Of a DNA stretch of 64,000 nucleotides, positions 1-10,973 are shown piece by piece; within the stretch, counting starts at the first letter, position 1, and every line of letters starts with the position of its first letter. The notes under the pieces were generated by a model that did no database searches, had not been told where the DNA came from, and saw only the letters and a list, made by a program, of their open reading frames with translations. The position numbers and the translations under genes are program-made. Source of the stretch: Mayamaea pseudoterrestris (taxonomy: Eukaryota); assembly GCA_027923505.1 (NCBI GenBank), contig BROI01000002.1, positions 992,001 through 1,056,000 on the forward strand, in the 5' to 3' direction.

Positions 1-1
1 T

Positions 2-499
2 TCCGTTGCGGCTGCGACAGCTGGAGCCTCGACTGTTAGTATTGATCTGTCAAAAAAGTGGTTGGATCGGCTACCAGCGCAGTTTGAAGCCAACGGTATC
101 GCGTTCGATCACAGTCATGACTGTATATACGGCGACTGTTTCGATTGGCTGGCAAAGCTGGCAAAACGGGGAGAGAAATACGATGTCGTTATACTTGACC
201 CGCCAAGCACAAGCGTCAGCGGCATAAGCAAAAAGCGTTGGAGCGTTGCGAGTGATATGGATGCGCTTGTGGCGCTTGCTGCTCCTCTCGTAAAACGAGG
301 AGGTCTTCTATGGACAACAACAAACAGTGGAAAAATATCAGCATCTAGATTTGCTCGCTCGTGCAAACGTGGGCTCGATGAGGCTGGCTGCGAGGCGAAA
401 TTGGAGCGTCTACAGTCGATGCCAAACGACTTTCCATCAGTGGGTGCCCAACCTGTGAAGAACTTGGTCTGGAGAATTGTTTCTACTGACACGAAATAA
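2..499 (+). CDS. SAM-dependent methyltransferase, RlmI/RlmK (Methyltrans_SAM)-like, 5'-partial
   Basis: Frame open from the window start: SVAAATAGASTVSIDLSKKWL...GDCFDWL...YDVVILDPPS...GGLLWTTTNS, matching the RlmI/K motif order. Confidence 0.8.
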   Translation, partial: SVAAATAGASTVSIDLSKKWLDRLPAQFEANGIAFDHSHDCIYGDCFDWLAKLAKRGEKYDVVILDPPSTSVSGISKKRWSVASDMDALVALAAPLVKRGGLLWTTTNSGKISASRFARSCKRGLDEAGCEAKLERLQSMPNDFPSVGAQPVKNLVWRIVSTDTK

Positions 500-1976
500 G
501 GGGCCATGTTCCATTTTATCTGACCAAGGTTCTTTCCTGATCTGCCTTGGTTCTGAAAGGCAAGACTGAAAGGGTCGTCGCTGCGTCGGAGCAGTATTCC
601 CACACATTTGATACGCAAATTGCTGTCTATCGCTAACAGAAATATTAACACATAAAGCGCTACCGTAGCGCCAATTAACTTTGATTACTAAGAGCTAAAG
701 TATTTGAATTACTGTACCCACCACACGTCGCGCTGCTAATAGGACCCATCGGCCAATCAGACTTTGAATCAATGCGCTAAATGTTGCCATGAAGCCATGA
801 AAGCTATCGTCATACCCATCGTGGCAGCCCGACAGCCCCAATGCAACGCTTTCGGTCGTAGAATAGCCAAATATGAATCACTCCAACTTCGACAAAGAAC
901 GACTCTCCTCGTGTCGTAAATGGCATGTCGAGCTTGACCATAAAAGGCCATCCAATGGTTTTGTGTCACCTGGCAGCCAATTTAAATATTTATCAAACAG
1001 CTTTGGCCCGTCGCAAAGAACTCTGCAACGAGAAGGTTTGCGCAGAGTGATTTCGGACGCTACGATGGTACACATCGAATACTTGCTGTATATGAATTGA
1101 CACCCCTTTTCACCACCAACACACATCGCTTGCCAAAAATGTTCGTAGTAAGACCCCAACATGCTCACGTGGGAACTGTTGAGACCCGTCGTTCCTGCAC
1201 TCTGAGAGTACTCCATCATGGTTACCAAGAAAGTCATGTATGCCATGCGCGCGCGGATATCCAAATGCGGCTCTCCGTCACCTCCCGTCAAGCGTGGAGA
1301 AGATGTTGCTAAATCGTTACAATTCTTACATGCCGACGAGCGGCAGGTGGAGCGCACCTTCCTTTATTCTGCTTGGTGCCCGCGTCGCATGCAAGACAGA
1401 CAAGTGTCAGCTATCGCATGCTGCGTCACTTTGAAGTGACTTTGTAAATTGCTTGGTACTGGTTGTTATGGCGGAAGCCATTGCTCGACGTAGTTGATTG
1501 CTGCGTGATGTAATTCTTATTGACCAACACACTCTCGAACAACCATCAAGTTTTAAAACTTCGCTTTCGATAGAACATGCACGATGAGCGTCGCGAGCGT
1601 AGAGGACAGCAGTGGCGGGAGCATGCAGAAAACCACGCAACAAAATAAATCGCCATAGAGCACAGCCGTTTACCACACCGCATCAAGCACATAAAAGAGT
1701 TCCATATAGGCCTCAATCAAGCTCATCCAAGCAGAAAATATTATTCGAAAAAAGCCGCACGTTACCGTTATAACACAGGGTCTGGCCGGCACAGAACTTG
1801 CATCGAAGAAATTTCGAGCCCGACACGCACATCGCATATGCAAGCTAAGAGCGCATCGAGCCGGACAAAGACGCACTTTTGTCGGTACAATTGCACTGGG
1901 GAGCCACACTTGTTGTACCGCCCGATGCACTGCTACACTTAACAGATAAAGTCGAATTCACAGGTACATTGGAAAG

Positions 1977-3974
1977 CTATGAATCACGTTTGCGAGAATG
2001 CACAAGATAAGCGCCATGCTTGTTACTAGCAACGGCAATCCACTCGTGCTGGGGATGTATCGCAAGGCCAAGTGCATTGTCACGCAAAGGCACAACGGCT
2101 CGCCGGCATTCGCGACGACAAGTCCACATGAGCATTATTCGAGGTTTCGTATTGTCTTGCACTATTCGAGCATCCGTTGCGGCCAAAACTCGTTGATCGG
2201 TTCGAGGAAGAACATGCGTCATATCGGCAACATGCTCCAGCGCCAGCAACCCGCCCACTTCGTACGATCGGCAACGCCCGTGCGAAGGAGTACTCCAAGC
2301 CCGTCGCTTCGATTGAACCTTTTCGTTTTCGGCATTAACGTAGTTGATTGCTTTGGTTTTGTAGTGGACAATGCACCTATTAGTAAGTGCTTTAGCTGGT
2401 ATATCCAGGTCTTCGGACATGACCCAACCGCCATTCGTAGCCCAAGTAAAACGTCCCACAAACCGTGTCTTGGAGACTGCAAGTGACTCGACGTGCATGA
2501 GCGAAATGCCCATCCATTCCGCAGGGTGGTCAATCCCATGACAAGTAGACCATTCATGTAATATATTTGGCACACATCCAATGGAGAATGATTGGCGTTG
2601 CAGGTTTTGAATGTCCACTATGCAAACGTTGCCAGTACTCGATCCGAGCAAAACCAAATCTGCCTCGTCGCTTCCCTTGATGCATGTCATGGCCGTCACT
2701 CGTCGCCACAGCAATGACCATACCGTCTTTTTGCTGTTGTTGCCAGAGCGCAGATCGAAACAATGAACGCAGTCATCGACAGCCGTCAAAACATGTTTTT
2801 GGTTAGGCAAAAAGAGTATCGTCGCCGATGCGCTGCATTTAATCTTGCATTCAAAGTTTAAGCAAGGAGCTTTGTTGTTTCCAACTGAATTAATGTCCCA
2901 TGGCGTGGTGACGGAGTCCCTTCGTTCATACAGCCAAGCACCGACTTGTTCGAGATCATAAATTTGCAAGCCTTGATGCGTTTGGATGGCAAGTCGATCG
3001 CAATTAAACGGATCCCACTGCATGTCCAGCGCCGGCAACGTTCGAAACGATAGACATGGCTCAATTATTACCTTATCAGCAGCCTTGCCGCTGCGCGTTC
3101 GCAACTCGCGCGCCTGAATGGTATCCATTTCGTAAACGTGAATCCATCCGTCGTGGTGGGCGCAGGCGAGCAAGCTTCCTAGGCGAGCCTTCGTCAAGGA
3201 ATCGCGCTCGTAGTCCCACGCGACTTTGCGACATCCTGCTCCTGACGGATTATGCAGCTGGAGCCAAGATGACGTATCCGTGTAGCAAGGAGGCGGTGGT
3301 GCAAACGCTTGTCGTTGCTTCTGACCAAGGAGTGATCGCCTACCAAGATGTAGTGCAATATTTTTGGACGTGCTGAACAAGAGCCCATCGCGGCATGACG
3401 TTTTCATGCTCGCCTTCTCTACGGAATGCTTCAAACTGTCCTTACTCGCTTGTTCCTTTTCCGATAAACTGTCTAATATTTCACCGGTCACCAATGGCGC
3501 TGCAGATTGCTCATGACAACCCGGAACATAAATGCCGTCTGCTTGTCCCCGCACAATCGACTCCATCGTTGCAACCGCTGAAGCTTCTCTCTCGGTAGCA
3601 CGTGCCATATGTGCGGAATTTGCCTTCTTCGCCTTCCAAGGATTATCCAATCCCTTTCTCTTTCTGCCGTTGCTGTTGTTTCGACGCACTGATGCACTCC
3701 GTCGACTGCTGCTGCTAGTAACTGAAGATCCAACTAAGTCGCTCAACCGAATGTCATCATCCATTACATGTTCTAGTGAATTGTCGTTTGCCATGGTTGA
3801 TTGTTGCTTCGTATTGTGACGTGATTGGGAGCTCCTCGGACGAGCGTCCGCATTGGCATTTGTGGCAGAGGCAGTAACCGTGCTTGCCTTGACATTATTG
3901 CGACCAAAGAATGAATTCAAAGACTGCTGCTTTAACGAAGCAATACTTGCCGACATTGCTGGCTTTCTGGACAT
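1977..3974 (-). CDS. WD40/beta-propeller-like protein with disordered N-terminus
   Basis: 665-aa ORF with WD-like strands (LLACAHHDGWIHVYE, DMQWDPFNCDRLA, VLLGSSTGNVCIVD, GLAIHPQHEWIAVAS). Confidence 0.65.
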   Translation of the reverse strand: MSRKPAMSASIASLKQQSLNSFFGRNNVKASTVTASATNANADARPRSSQSRHNTKQQSTMANDNSLEHVMDDDIRLSDLVGSSVTSSSSRRSASVRRNNSNGRKRKGLDNPWKAKKANSAHMARATEREASAVATMESIVRGQADGIYVPGCHEQSAAPLVTGEILDSLSEKEQASKDSLKHSVEKASMKTSCRDGLLFSTSKNIALHLGRRSLLGQKQRQAFAPPPPCYTDTSSWLQLHNPSGAGCRKVAWDYERDSLTKARLGSLLACAHHDGWIHVYEMDTIQARELRTRSGKAADKVIIEPCLSFRTLPALDMQWDPFNCDRLAIQTHQGLQIYDLEQVGAWLYERRDSVTTPWDINSVGNNKAPCLNFECKIKCSASATILFLPNQKHVLTAVDDCVHCFDLRSGNNSKKTVWSLLWRRVTAMTCIKGSDEADLVLLGSSTGNVCIVDIQNLQRQSFSIGCVPNILHEWSTCHGIDHPAEWMGISLMHVESLAVSKTRFVGRFTWATNGGWVMSEDLDIPAKALTNRCIVHYKTKAINYVNAENEKVQSKRRAWSTPSHGRCRSYEVGGLLALEHVADMTHVLPRTDQRVLAATDARIVQDNTKPRIMLMWTCRRECRRAVVPLRDNALGLAIHPQHEWIAVASNKHGAYLVHSRKRDS

Positions 3975-4465
3975 GAGATATGGACTTGCTATACTGCACT
4001 ATCGGTTTTGCAATGCACCTTGGTCGACTGCGATGAACGAAACCGCCGATCGTTTTCTGTAAACCAGTACGACATGGACTACCCAAGCGTTTCACCATAA
4101 TTTTTACGCTGTTTAATAATCGTACAAGTGTGTATGTATGTACAAGAATTGTAAATGAGTGTTCCCAGAGGAATGAAAGTAAACGTCAGTGGTGCTAAAT
4201 GATGATTTTGCCTGCAAACTCGCCGCAAAAGTGCGCGGCCACATCGGCCTCAAAAATTTAAAGTCTTGTTCCTGCTGCTGTAACTAGCAGATCATGAAAA
4301 TCATTCAGGTCTTCATCAAAGTATAGTTTTTCTCACAGTGCCATGTGCTGAGATAAAATTTACAGCTCCAGAACATCGCCGTTCAGCTTGAGGCGACTTA
4401 AAATTGACATGGCTACATAACAACAAATCAGATCAACCTAGAACCAACCAAAACTGCGTTCAAAA

Positions 4466-5509
4466 CTACTTGTACACCTCCGGCTCCAAGATTGTCGCAT
4501 CTTTGGGAAGAACAATACTCGCCAGTGTCTCATTTTGCGCACGTTGCAGCGTGACATTGCCACCAAAGTGCTTCATCATCATGCGGCTCAACGGCAATCC
4601 AACCCCTAGACTGGACAGCGGAGATCGTACCATGGCGTAGCTCTGCTGCTCGTCGATGCGGTCCCACTTTTTGCCAGCCGATGAAACGCCCAAGGCAAAG
4701 AGCGAGGTTTCGATTTCTTCGTCGCTATACACATTCAGTCCCTTGCCTTGATCGTAAATATCAATTCGCACGTCATTGGTGTCATCTGATATCTCTAATC
4801 TAATCGGAGGCGGTGAAAGGGACAACGGATTCGTAAAGTCGAGCTCGCAGACGGATGCATTCATGGCATTCTTTATAAGCTCTACGAGTGCATGCGTCAA
4901 CCAAGGTCGCACGCACGTGATGCGTACATCATCATCACCTTGCACCGTTAGTTCCGGTGACACTTGCCAGTGCGCCTCGCACAAGAATTTTGCTTCCGCG
5001 TGTGCATCGTCAATGCAGTCTCGCACGGAGCAGTGGAGCGTCACTGCTCCATGTTGCTTGCTCTTGTCAATCGCTTGCACCGCATGGTCGCACAGCAACT
5101 GAATGCCAACCCGTCCACGTAATATGTCAAGCACATGATTATGAAGCGAACCGCGATCTATATTGACCATGTCAACCCATCGTTCAACCGTCGTCGCGTG
5201 TCGATTGCGGACTTGTGCAAGGGTTGACGAGTAAAGGTGCTGATTGGAAGCGTTCCATCGCGCAAACAGTTTGTTCTGGTGATACAGCTCGGAGCAAAGA
5301 CGATGTGTATCATGATGAATGTACAGTAAATGGTCTAGATCCTTGGACAGCTTGCTGTTGTCTTTGACTCGTGGAGCAATGGAATCTTGGCAAAAGGTAA
5401 TTTGACGAGCGAGTCGCTGCTTGACGTCGCCGATCAAAATGCGAGCGCTTTCATGGCTCGCAGCTACCTGCAGCTCGGCTAGTGACTTGAGTGACCATCG
5501 TTGCATCAT
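4466..5509 (-). CDS. Mitochondrial PDK/BCKDK-like GHKL protein kinase
   Basis: RVGIQLLCDH, N-box ELIKNAM, G1 DQGKG, G2 LGVGLPLSRMMMKHFGG. Confidence 0.85.
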   Translation of the reverse strand: MMQRWSLKSLAELQVAASHESARILIGDVKQRLARQITFCQDSIAPRVKDNSKLSKDLDHLLYIHHDTHRLCSELYHQNKLFARWNASNQHLYSSTLAQVRNRHATTVERWVDMVNIDRGSLHNHVLDILRGRVGIQLLCDHAVQAIDKSKQHGAVTLHCSVRDCIDDAHAEAKFLCEAHWQVSPELTVQGDDDVRITCVRPWLTHALVELIKNAMNASVCELDFTNPLSLSPPPIRLEISDDTNDVRIDIYDQGKGLNVYSDEEIETSLFALGVSSAGKKWDRIDEQQSYAMVRSPLSSLGVGLPLSRMMMKHFGGNVTLQRAQNETLASIVLPKDATILEPEVYK

Positions 5510-6027
5510 TGCACAATCGTCTATAGAGTAGTACTGAAGGTCTCATGGTCGTCGCGCTGTTAGTTCATCATCCAACGCAAGGCGAACGTTCCGGCATTCC
5601 GACGAATGCCGGCAAAACGCGTGTCAGACACACTTTGTAGATCAGTGGTCATGGTCCATCCATTCTTTTCTATTGCCCCTCGATCGCAGCTGACACGAGG
5701 GTGAACCAAAAAGGCAATCGAACGCTAGAGAGTTACATGTGACTATACGAACGGTTTATTTTCAACCGTTCACTACTCCCGAGCGGAAGGCTTGTTGCTG
5801 ACAACTGCAACGAATTGCCACTGCCAAATGGCTCTATCCAATCACACTTGCACACCGACACCCTTGAGCCTCGTGCAAGCCAGGATCCTGAGGTCACGCG
5901 GAGCATCGTTCATCACCAAGCATTCTTGGTCGTTGTTTCTGTAGACACATCAAGCGAGTTGCGAAATCACTTTTATTACCTGGCTACTGTATAATATATA
6001 CATTGCATGTTACTATAGCAGCAAAAA

Positions 6028-6795
6028 ATGGGGCTTTTGGTGTCAAAATCTATCGACAATGAAGGTTGGAGTTCGCATGCAACCCCGACAAAGAAACAGC
6101 GGTCACTTCAAGGCGCCTGCCCATCAAATCGCGTCTTTCCGACGTCTTTGAATCCTCTCATTGTCGATGACTTGCAATCCAACGGAACGGAGAGCTCCCG
6201 AGGGTCTCCAGACTCGAGCTACTATGGTCGAAACGGTAGCAGCAGCCACCATGGAGACGTGTCACGCTACCCGGGAGCAGACGTGGCTGCAACGACTAAC
6301 AGTAGTCGCGCCTGGCGCTTCTGGCGAGACTTTTACACGCCAAAGCATGCTGCACCAACGCAAGACGGCGTAGTTGAAGAGGACCGTCAATTACATCCAC
6401 AAAAGATTTACATTCCAACACCTCGTCGCGAGCCGCAGCAGCGTCGGACGGAACCAGTGCCGGTAATTAAGCACTTGACGCCACACGAGTCACTGGGCGG
6501 CGCAGTCATGCCGCAGTCACTGGACCATGACGACTCGGAGCGGCTGCAAACGCTTTACGACTTACGAACCTGGGCGCTTTATTCGCGCATTACCGACGCT
6601 CGCTCGAAGCAGTCGGCGCCAAAATCACACCACATTGCTCACGCTTCGCAGCACGCAAGGAGCCAAGGCAGTGGCTGTAATTTACAACAACAAGATCAAG
6701 GACGAACGGATGTCGTTGTTGTTTCAATGAATGCTTCCGGTAGCGAAGAATTTTCGACTCATGGCCATTCGTTCATCTTTGGGGAGCTGGAGTAA
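6028..6795 (+). CDS. Hypothetical protein, possibly N-myristoylated, with YDxxTWxxYxRI motif
   Basis: 255-aa ORF starting MGLLVSK (MGxxxS); otherwise low complexity apart from LYDLRTWALYSRITDAR. Confidence 0.6.
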   Translation: MGLLVSKSIDNEGWSSHATPTKKQRSLQGACPSNRVFPTSLNPLIVDDLQSNGTESSRGSPDSSYYGRNGSSSHHGDVSRYPGADVAATTNSSRAWRFWRDFYTPKHAAPTQDGVVEEDRQLHPQKIYIPTPRREPQQRRTEPVPVIKHLTPHESLGGAVMPQSLDHDDSERLQTLYDLRTWALYSRITDARSKQSAPKSHHIAHASQHARSQGSGCNLQQQDQGRTDVVVVSMNASGSEEFSTHGHSFIFGELE

Positions 6796-6917
6796 AGGGG
6801 TTGTTATGTTCTGCCCACTCCATGCTCTTTCCGACGCTAATAACGCACTGCTATCATCTATAGAAAATGCTACGAGCAATATGTAGCTCAATTTTGCAGC
6901 AATTAAGCTATATAATA

Positions 6918-7140
6918 CAAGCTAGAGTATTCTACTACCGTACGACTTGCTATCTGTAACATAATATAGGTTTTTAACGTCCCACGTTGTAGTAATATGA
7001 TAGTTTCCACCTGACTTAACCTCACGCCATCAATTCAAGCTAGAGTATTCTACTACCGTAGGACTTGCTATCTTTAACATGACATAGGCTCTCGACGTAA
7101 CCAAATTGTAATGAATGATGCTTTCCGCTTGGCTGAACAT
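6918..7140. repeat. Degenerate tandem duplication, ~118-bp unit, 2 copies
   Basis: CAAGCTAGAGTATTCTACTACCGTA(C/G)GACTTGCTATCT at 6918 and 7036, with decaying similarity afterwards. Confidence 0.85.
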
Positions 7141-7149
7141 TTGATGTCA

Positions 7150-10100
7150 TCAATGGTGGGGATTGCCCCGCATAAACGCATAAACTGTATCAATGCCGCA
7201 TTGTGAATAAAGCTTGGCGAGAACCAGCGGAATCACATACGAGTCCAAGTCCTCGACCGCGTAGATTGCCTCTGGGAACTTTTGAACGACGAGCATGAAG
7301 GTATCGTCCCACGCCCGCCCCGCCAGAGCCATGAGGGACAAAGGAAATTCTCCAAATTCATTGAGCTGACAAGCAGCATCGGGGTAAACTTCAAACAGGT
7401 TTCGGACGATTCCAGAACGCTTTTGACAGGCTCCGCCGCAGCATCCCGAGCGCTCTGGCTCCAAAAGCATCATTTTTTCCACGGGAATACTTGACTCAAC
7501 GTGCAACGGGTAGTTACCATCCTTGTCGCGCTGCAAAGCATCTTCTGGATGCAAATAGAGAGCTCGACGAATAAACGCGGGGTCCAAACGTACATCCTTG
7601 CGATGGAGAGATATGCATGCACCGACAAGGCTCAAGGGACGGCCCAACTCATCCCGATCGACAGGACCATAGTGAAGTATCTTGACCAGCGTTGCAAGTA
7701 AGTCAAACGCGCGAGTCTTCTCAGAGTCAAAAGTACTCTTCACATGGCAGATGAGCCGGTCGCTCAAGCAAATGCGCTGATAATTCTCCATCGCGATAGT
7801 AATCGGCGTCTGGCCTGCGCTATTTTCCATCAAGATAGGACTAAGCCGTCCCGTATTTCCCTTGCTCAACGTTAGTTCGAGTCCAACGCTGCTCATCATC
7901 GCCAGCATGCCAACGCCATCAGGGTGTACGCCATGCTTGCAGGCAAGATGCAACGGTGTATCATCGTAGATTGTCTTCATATGCAAGGCTTCCGGGTATG
8001 CGCGAATGACCGCCTCAAGAAACGCAACCGATGCATCTTGCTGCATCGCCGAATGCAGCGGCGTGTTGCCCATCTCATCAGTGATTGCAAAGACCGATGG
8101 ACCACCAATCTGCGCAAATATACCAATGATCGAAACGTCAGCCTGGCTATTTTTGCAAAGGAGTTGAAGAGGCGTGTATCCTGCATTGTTTCGCATGGAA
8201 ATCCACCTAGAATTCGAGATTGCAGTCGTTTCAATGGTTTCAACAGGAGCTAGCCGCAGTATGGCGCTATGGACTGCATGGAGAGAAGAAATGCGGAAAG
8301 ACATAATTAGAGACATTTGTTTCGAGCCATGCCCGATGTGCTTATCAGCTTATCATTCACGTACGAGGATTGTTTCCTTTCTTGTTATCCACCATCATGC
8401 TTTGTCGTTCCACTGCTGATAGACCCGCACGCCGAGGCACAGCATGAAGACCATCCGACTTGCCCTTCAAATATTCCAAAACAACCATAGACGTCGACTT
8501 GTTATTCTGAGCCAATTGGATCGCAACATCGCCCGACAGTGTCGGAATCGTGGTGCAGTTTGAGTCTGCGCGGACAAGTGCCTGTATAATCGCAAGCTTG
8601 GGTTGATAGCCTCGACACGCACAATGGAGGGGAATAAATCCATACTGATTCATTTTAACAATCGCACCGGGAAATGTCTTAATGAGCAATTGCACCGTGG
8701 GTGGCGATCGATTCGCAGCGCATGCCAGCGAAAGCGCCGAATCTTGCTTTCTTGTCATGACCGATGCCGCATGTGGATAGCCTGCGAGCAAACTGTTAAT
8801 AATGTCGACGGGTGATCCCGATTCACAAACATAGTGTAGCGGCAAGTAGGAGTTGGCATCTCCAATCTGCAAACAGTCTGGGTCGACTGCGATAAACGCT
8901 CGGATGCAGTCAATGCTTATGAGAGCCTGCTTGCACAAGAGGTGAATGGGGGTGCTATTCTTGATTGCATCGCGCATGGAGGCAGCTTCTGGCGCCGCAT
9001 TTAGCAGTAAGCGAATGAGTTCCTTGTTTCGCGCATGATGCTGACAGGCAATGTGCAGGGGAGTCTGCTGAGTGCCGCGGCTGCGACGAGCCACTGCTGG
9101 AATACCTTCGTTCCAATGTAACTGGTCGCCAACTGGCGTCGTCAAAAAGAGTCGAATCATCTCGGTATTTCCATTGCGTGCCGCATAATGAAACGGAGTG
9201 TAGCCGTCTTGATGATCATTCACCATAATCATTTCATCTGTAACTCCTTCAATGAAAACGGGCCTCGGAGCATCGAGCAAGAGCTGCGCCACATCCACGG
9301 ATGCGTTTGGTCGCTCGCAATGCGTGTGCAACGAAGTTTGCCCGGCGTTGTTAGAGCGGCATACGATACTCTGCGGACGTAGACATATAATTCTTTGCAG
9401 CAAGTCGATTGGAATCATAGCCTCTGGGGCCGCCAACGCAATGTGGAGCGGTGAGTAACCATTTCGGTGATATATTCCTGCAACAATTTCTGGTGTTGGT
9501 CCCAAAAGCAGCGTCATCATGGCATGCAGTTGCTTAGTGTCTACACGCCGCGTCGTCAAACCCTTCAAAAAGCACATGAAGGGTGTCATGCCATTCTCGT
9601 CTGTCCTGGTCAACAAACTTACTCCTCCACCTGGAACGGCATTGATAATGCTTTCCATGACGCGAACACAGCAGAGACGAGCAGCCGCTTCATGAAGAGG
9701 AGTTCGACGCGAGTGTCGATTTTGATGATGAACTTCATTCGAGTGCGCGCGACAGCGTTGCACGATACGCTGACAACCCGAGTTGACATTGCTGCCGCGG
9801 AGAGCGCAAGTACATGTCAAATCGCCCTGCGTCAGCAAGTTGTACAAGCCAGGCCCAAACAATAATTCCTCCCGTTCGCGCTCACGCTCTTGCGCACGCT
9901 CCAGTCGCTCTTGAAGGCCATGGAAAAGTTCATTGTTCACATTATCGTTCCCAATGTTATTTTCATCGCCAGCAATAGCTTCAAGGTCTCTCCGCATCAT
10001 GACTCTCATGAGTGCATTTTGCCGCAGCATGATTCCTGCCATGTCGACATTATCATCATTAGCAGCGGCAGCGTGAAAGTCTTCACGTTCAATCTCCAAT

Positions 10101-10360
10101 TCCTGCAGTCCCTCCGCCAAAGCAGCTAGTCGCCGACGACGACGGTCAGCTACGCGTTCGTCTTCATGAGGAATCCTACGCGGATCAATGACGCGACGAC
10201 GACGCTGCGCCAGAAACAAATGCTCCAATATGCGATTCATCCGGCCAAGGCCGCCTCGATTTGGTTGGTCATCGTCGTCGTCGTCGTCGTCGTCATGCAT
10301 ATCGATGCGATCGATTGCAGCATCATTGTTGTTGTCGTTGCCTCGGTTGAAAGGCTCCAT
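7150..10360 (-). CDS. Large ankyrin-repeat protein (2 exons; intron 8364-8274)
   Basis: Many TPLH/LPLH ankyrin motifs. A GT-AG intron joins the two ORFs into ...KGNNP|LHSAIL..., restoring an ankyrin repeat. Likely start MEPFNRG. Confidence 0.85.
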
Positions 10361-10973
10361 GTAGATAGTATGAGATTTGAAACTTAGTACACAGTAATTG
10401 TTGCACAAGGAAGCGGACGCGACGATGTGTTAACTGCAAAGTAAAAATGAAGGTCTGCGTGGATGAGGATGTCCATTGGTCTCGCGCGGCATATATTTCC
10501 AGCAGGTACCGTAGCGCTCTGTACGTATGCTACGTACGCGGCACTCAGCCGTTGCAGTGTAGCCTATCGGCGGTCAAGCGGCCCATCGACGGACAGGCGC
10601 TCGAGTGCGAAAAGCAATTGTCACAGGAGTTCGACTGACCCTTCTTGACACTCAACAGGCAAGCTTTTTCTATATCCAAAAAACAGTTTATTTCTCAAAC
10701 CATGCGATGATTCTCATTCGACGTACATATACTACCCTAGCATTGTCGAGAAACGTCCATGAACCGATGCGACTTCTTCAAGCACGGCTTGCGCGTGCAG
10801 CAAGAATGAAAAGTGAATACCGCGAGGTCGCGGCGCAGCATGGCGACACGAAAGAATCGCCGTCGACACGCAAAGAGTCATCTCCAACTACTCTGGCGTT
10901 GAAAGACTTTATTGATCTAAAGTCTTACACCAACGCGATCGTTGTTACGCTTTAGTCAACTTTGTTTCAAGTC

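Noticed and set aside
700..1950. Cluster of short ORFs, possibly a decayed gene
   Set aside because: No frame yields a recognisable family or a consistent splice model. It could be a relic, but I cannot support that.
10605..10955. Upstream ORF as an extra exon or targeting peptide of the dioxygenase-AKR fusion
   Set aside because: It ends in a stop at 10955, and I found no convincing donor/acceptor pair linking it in frame.
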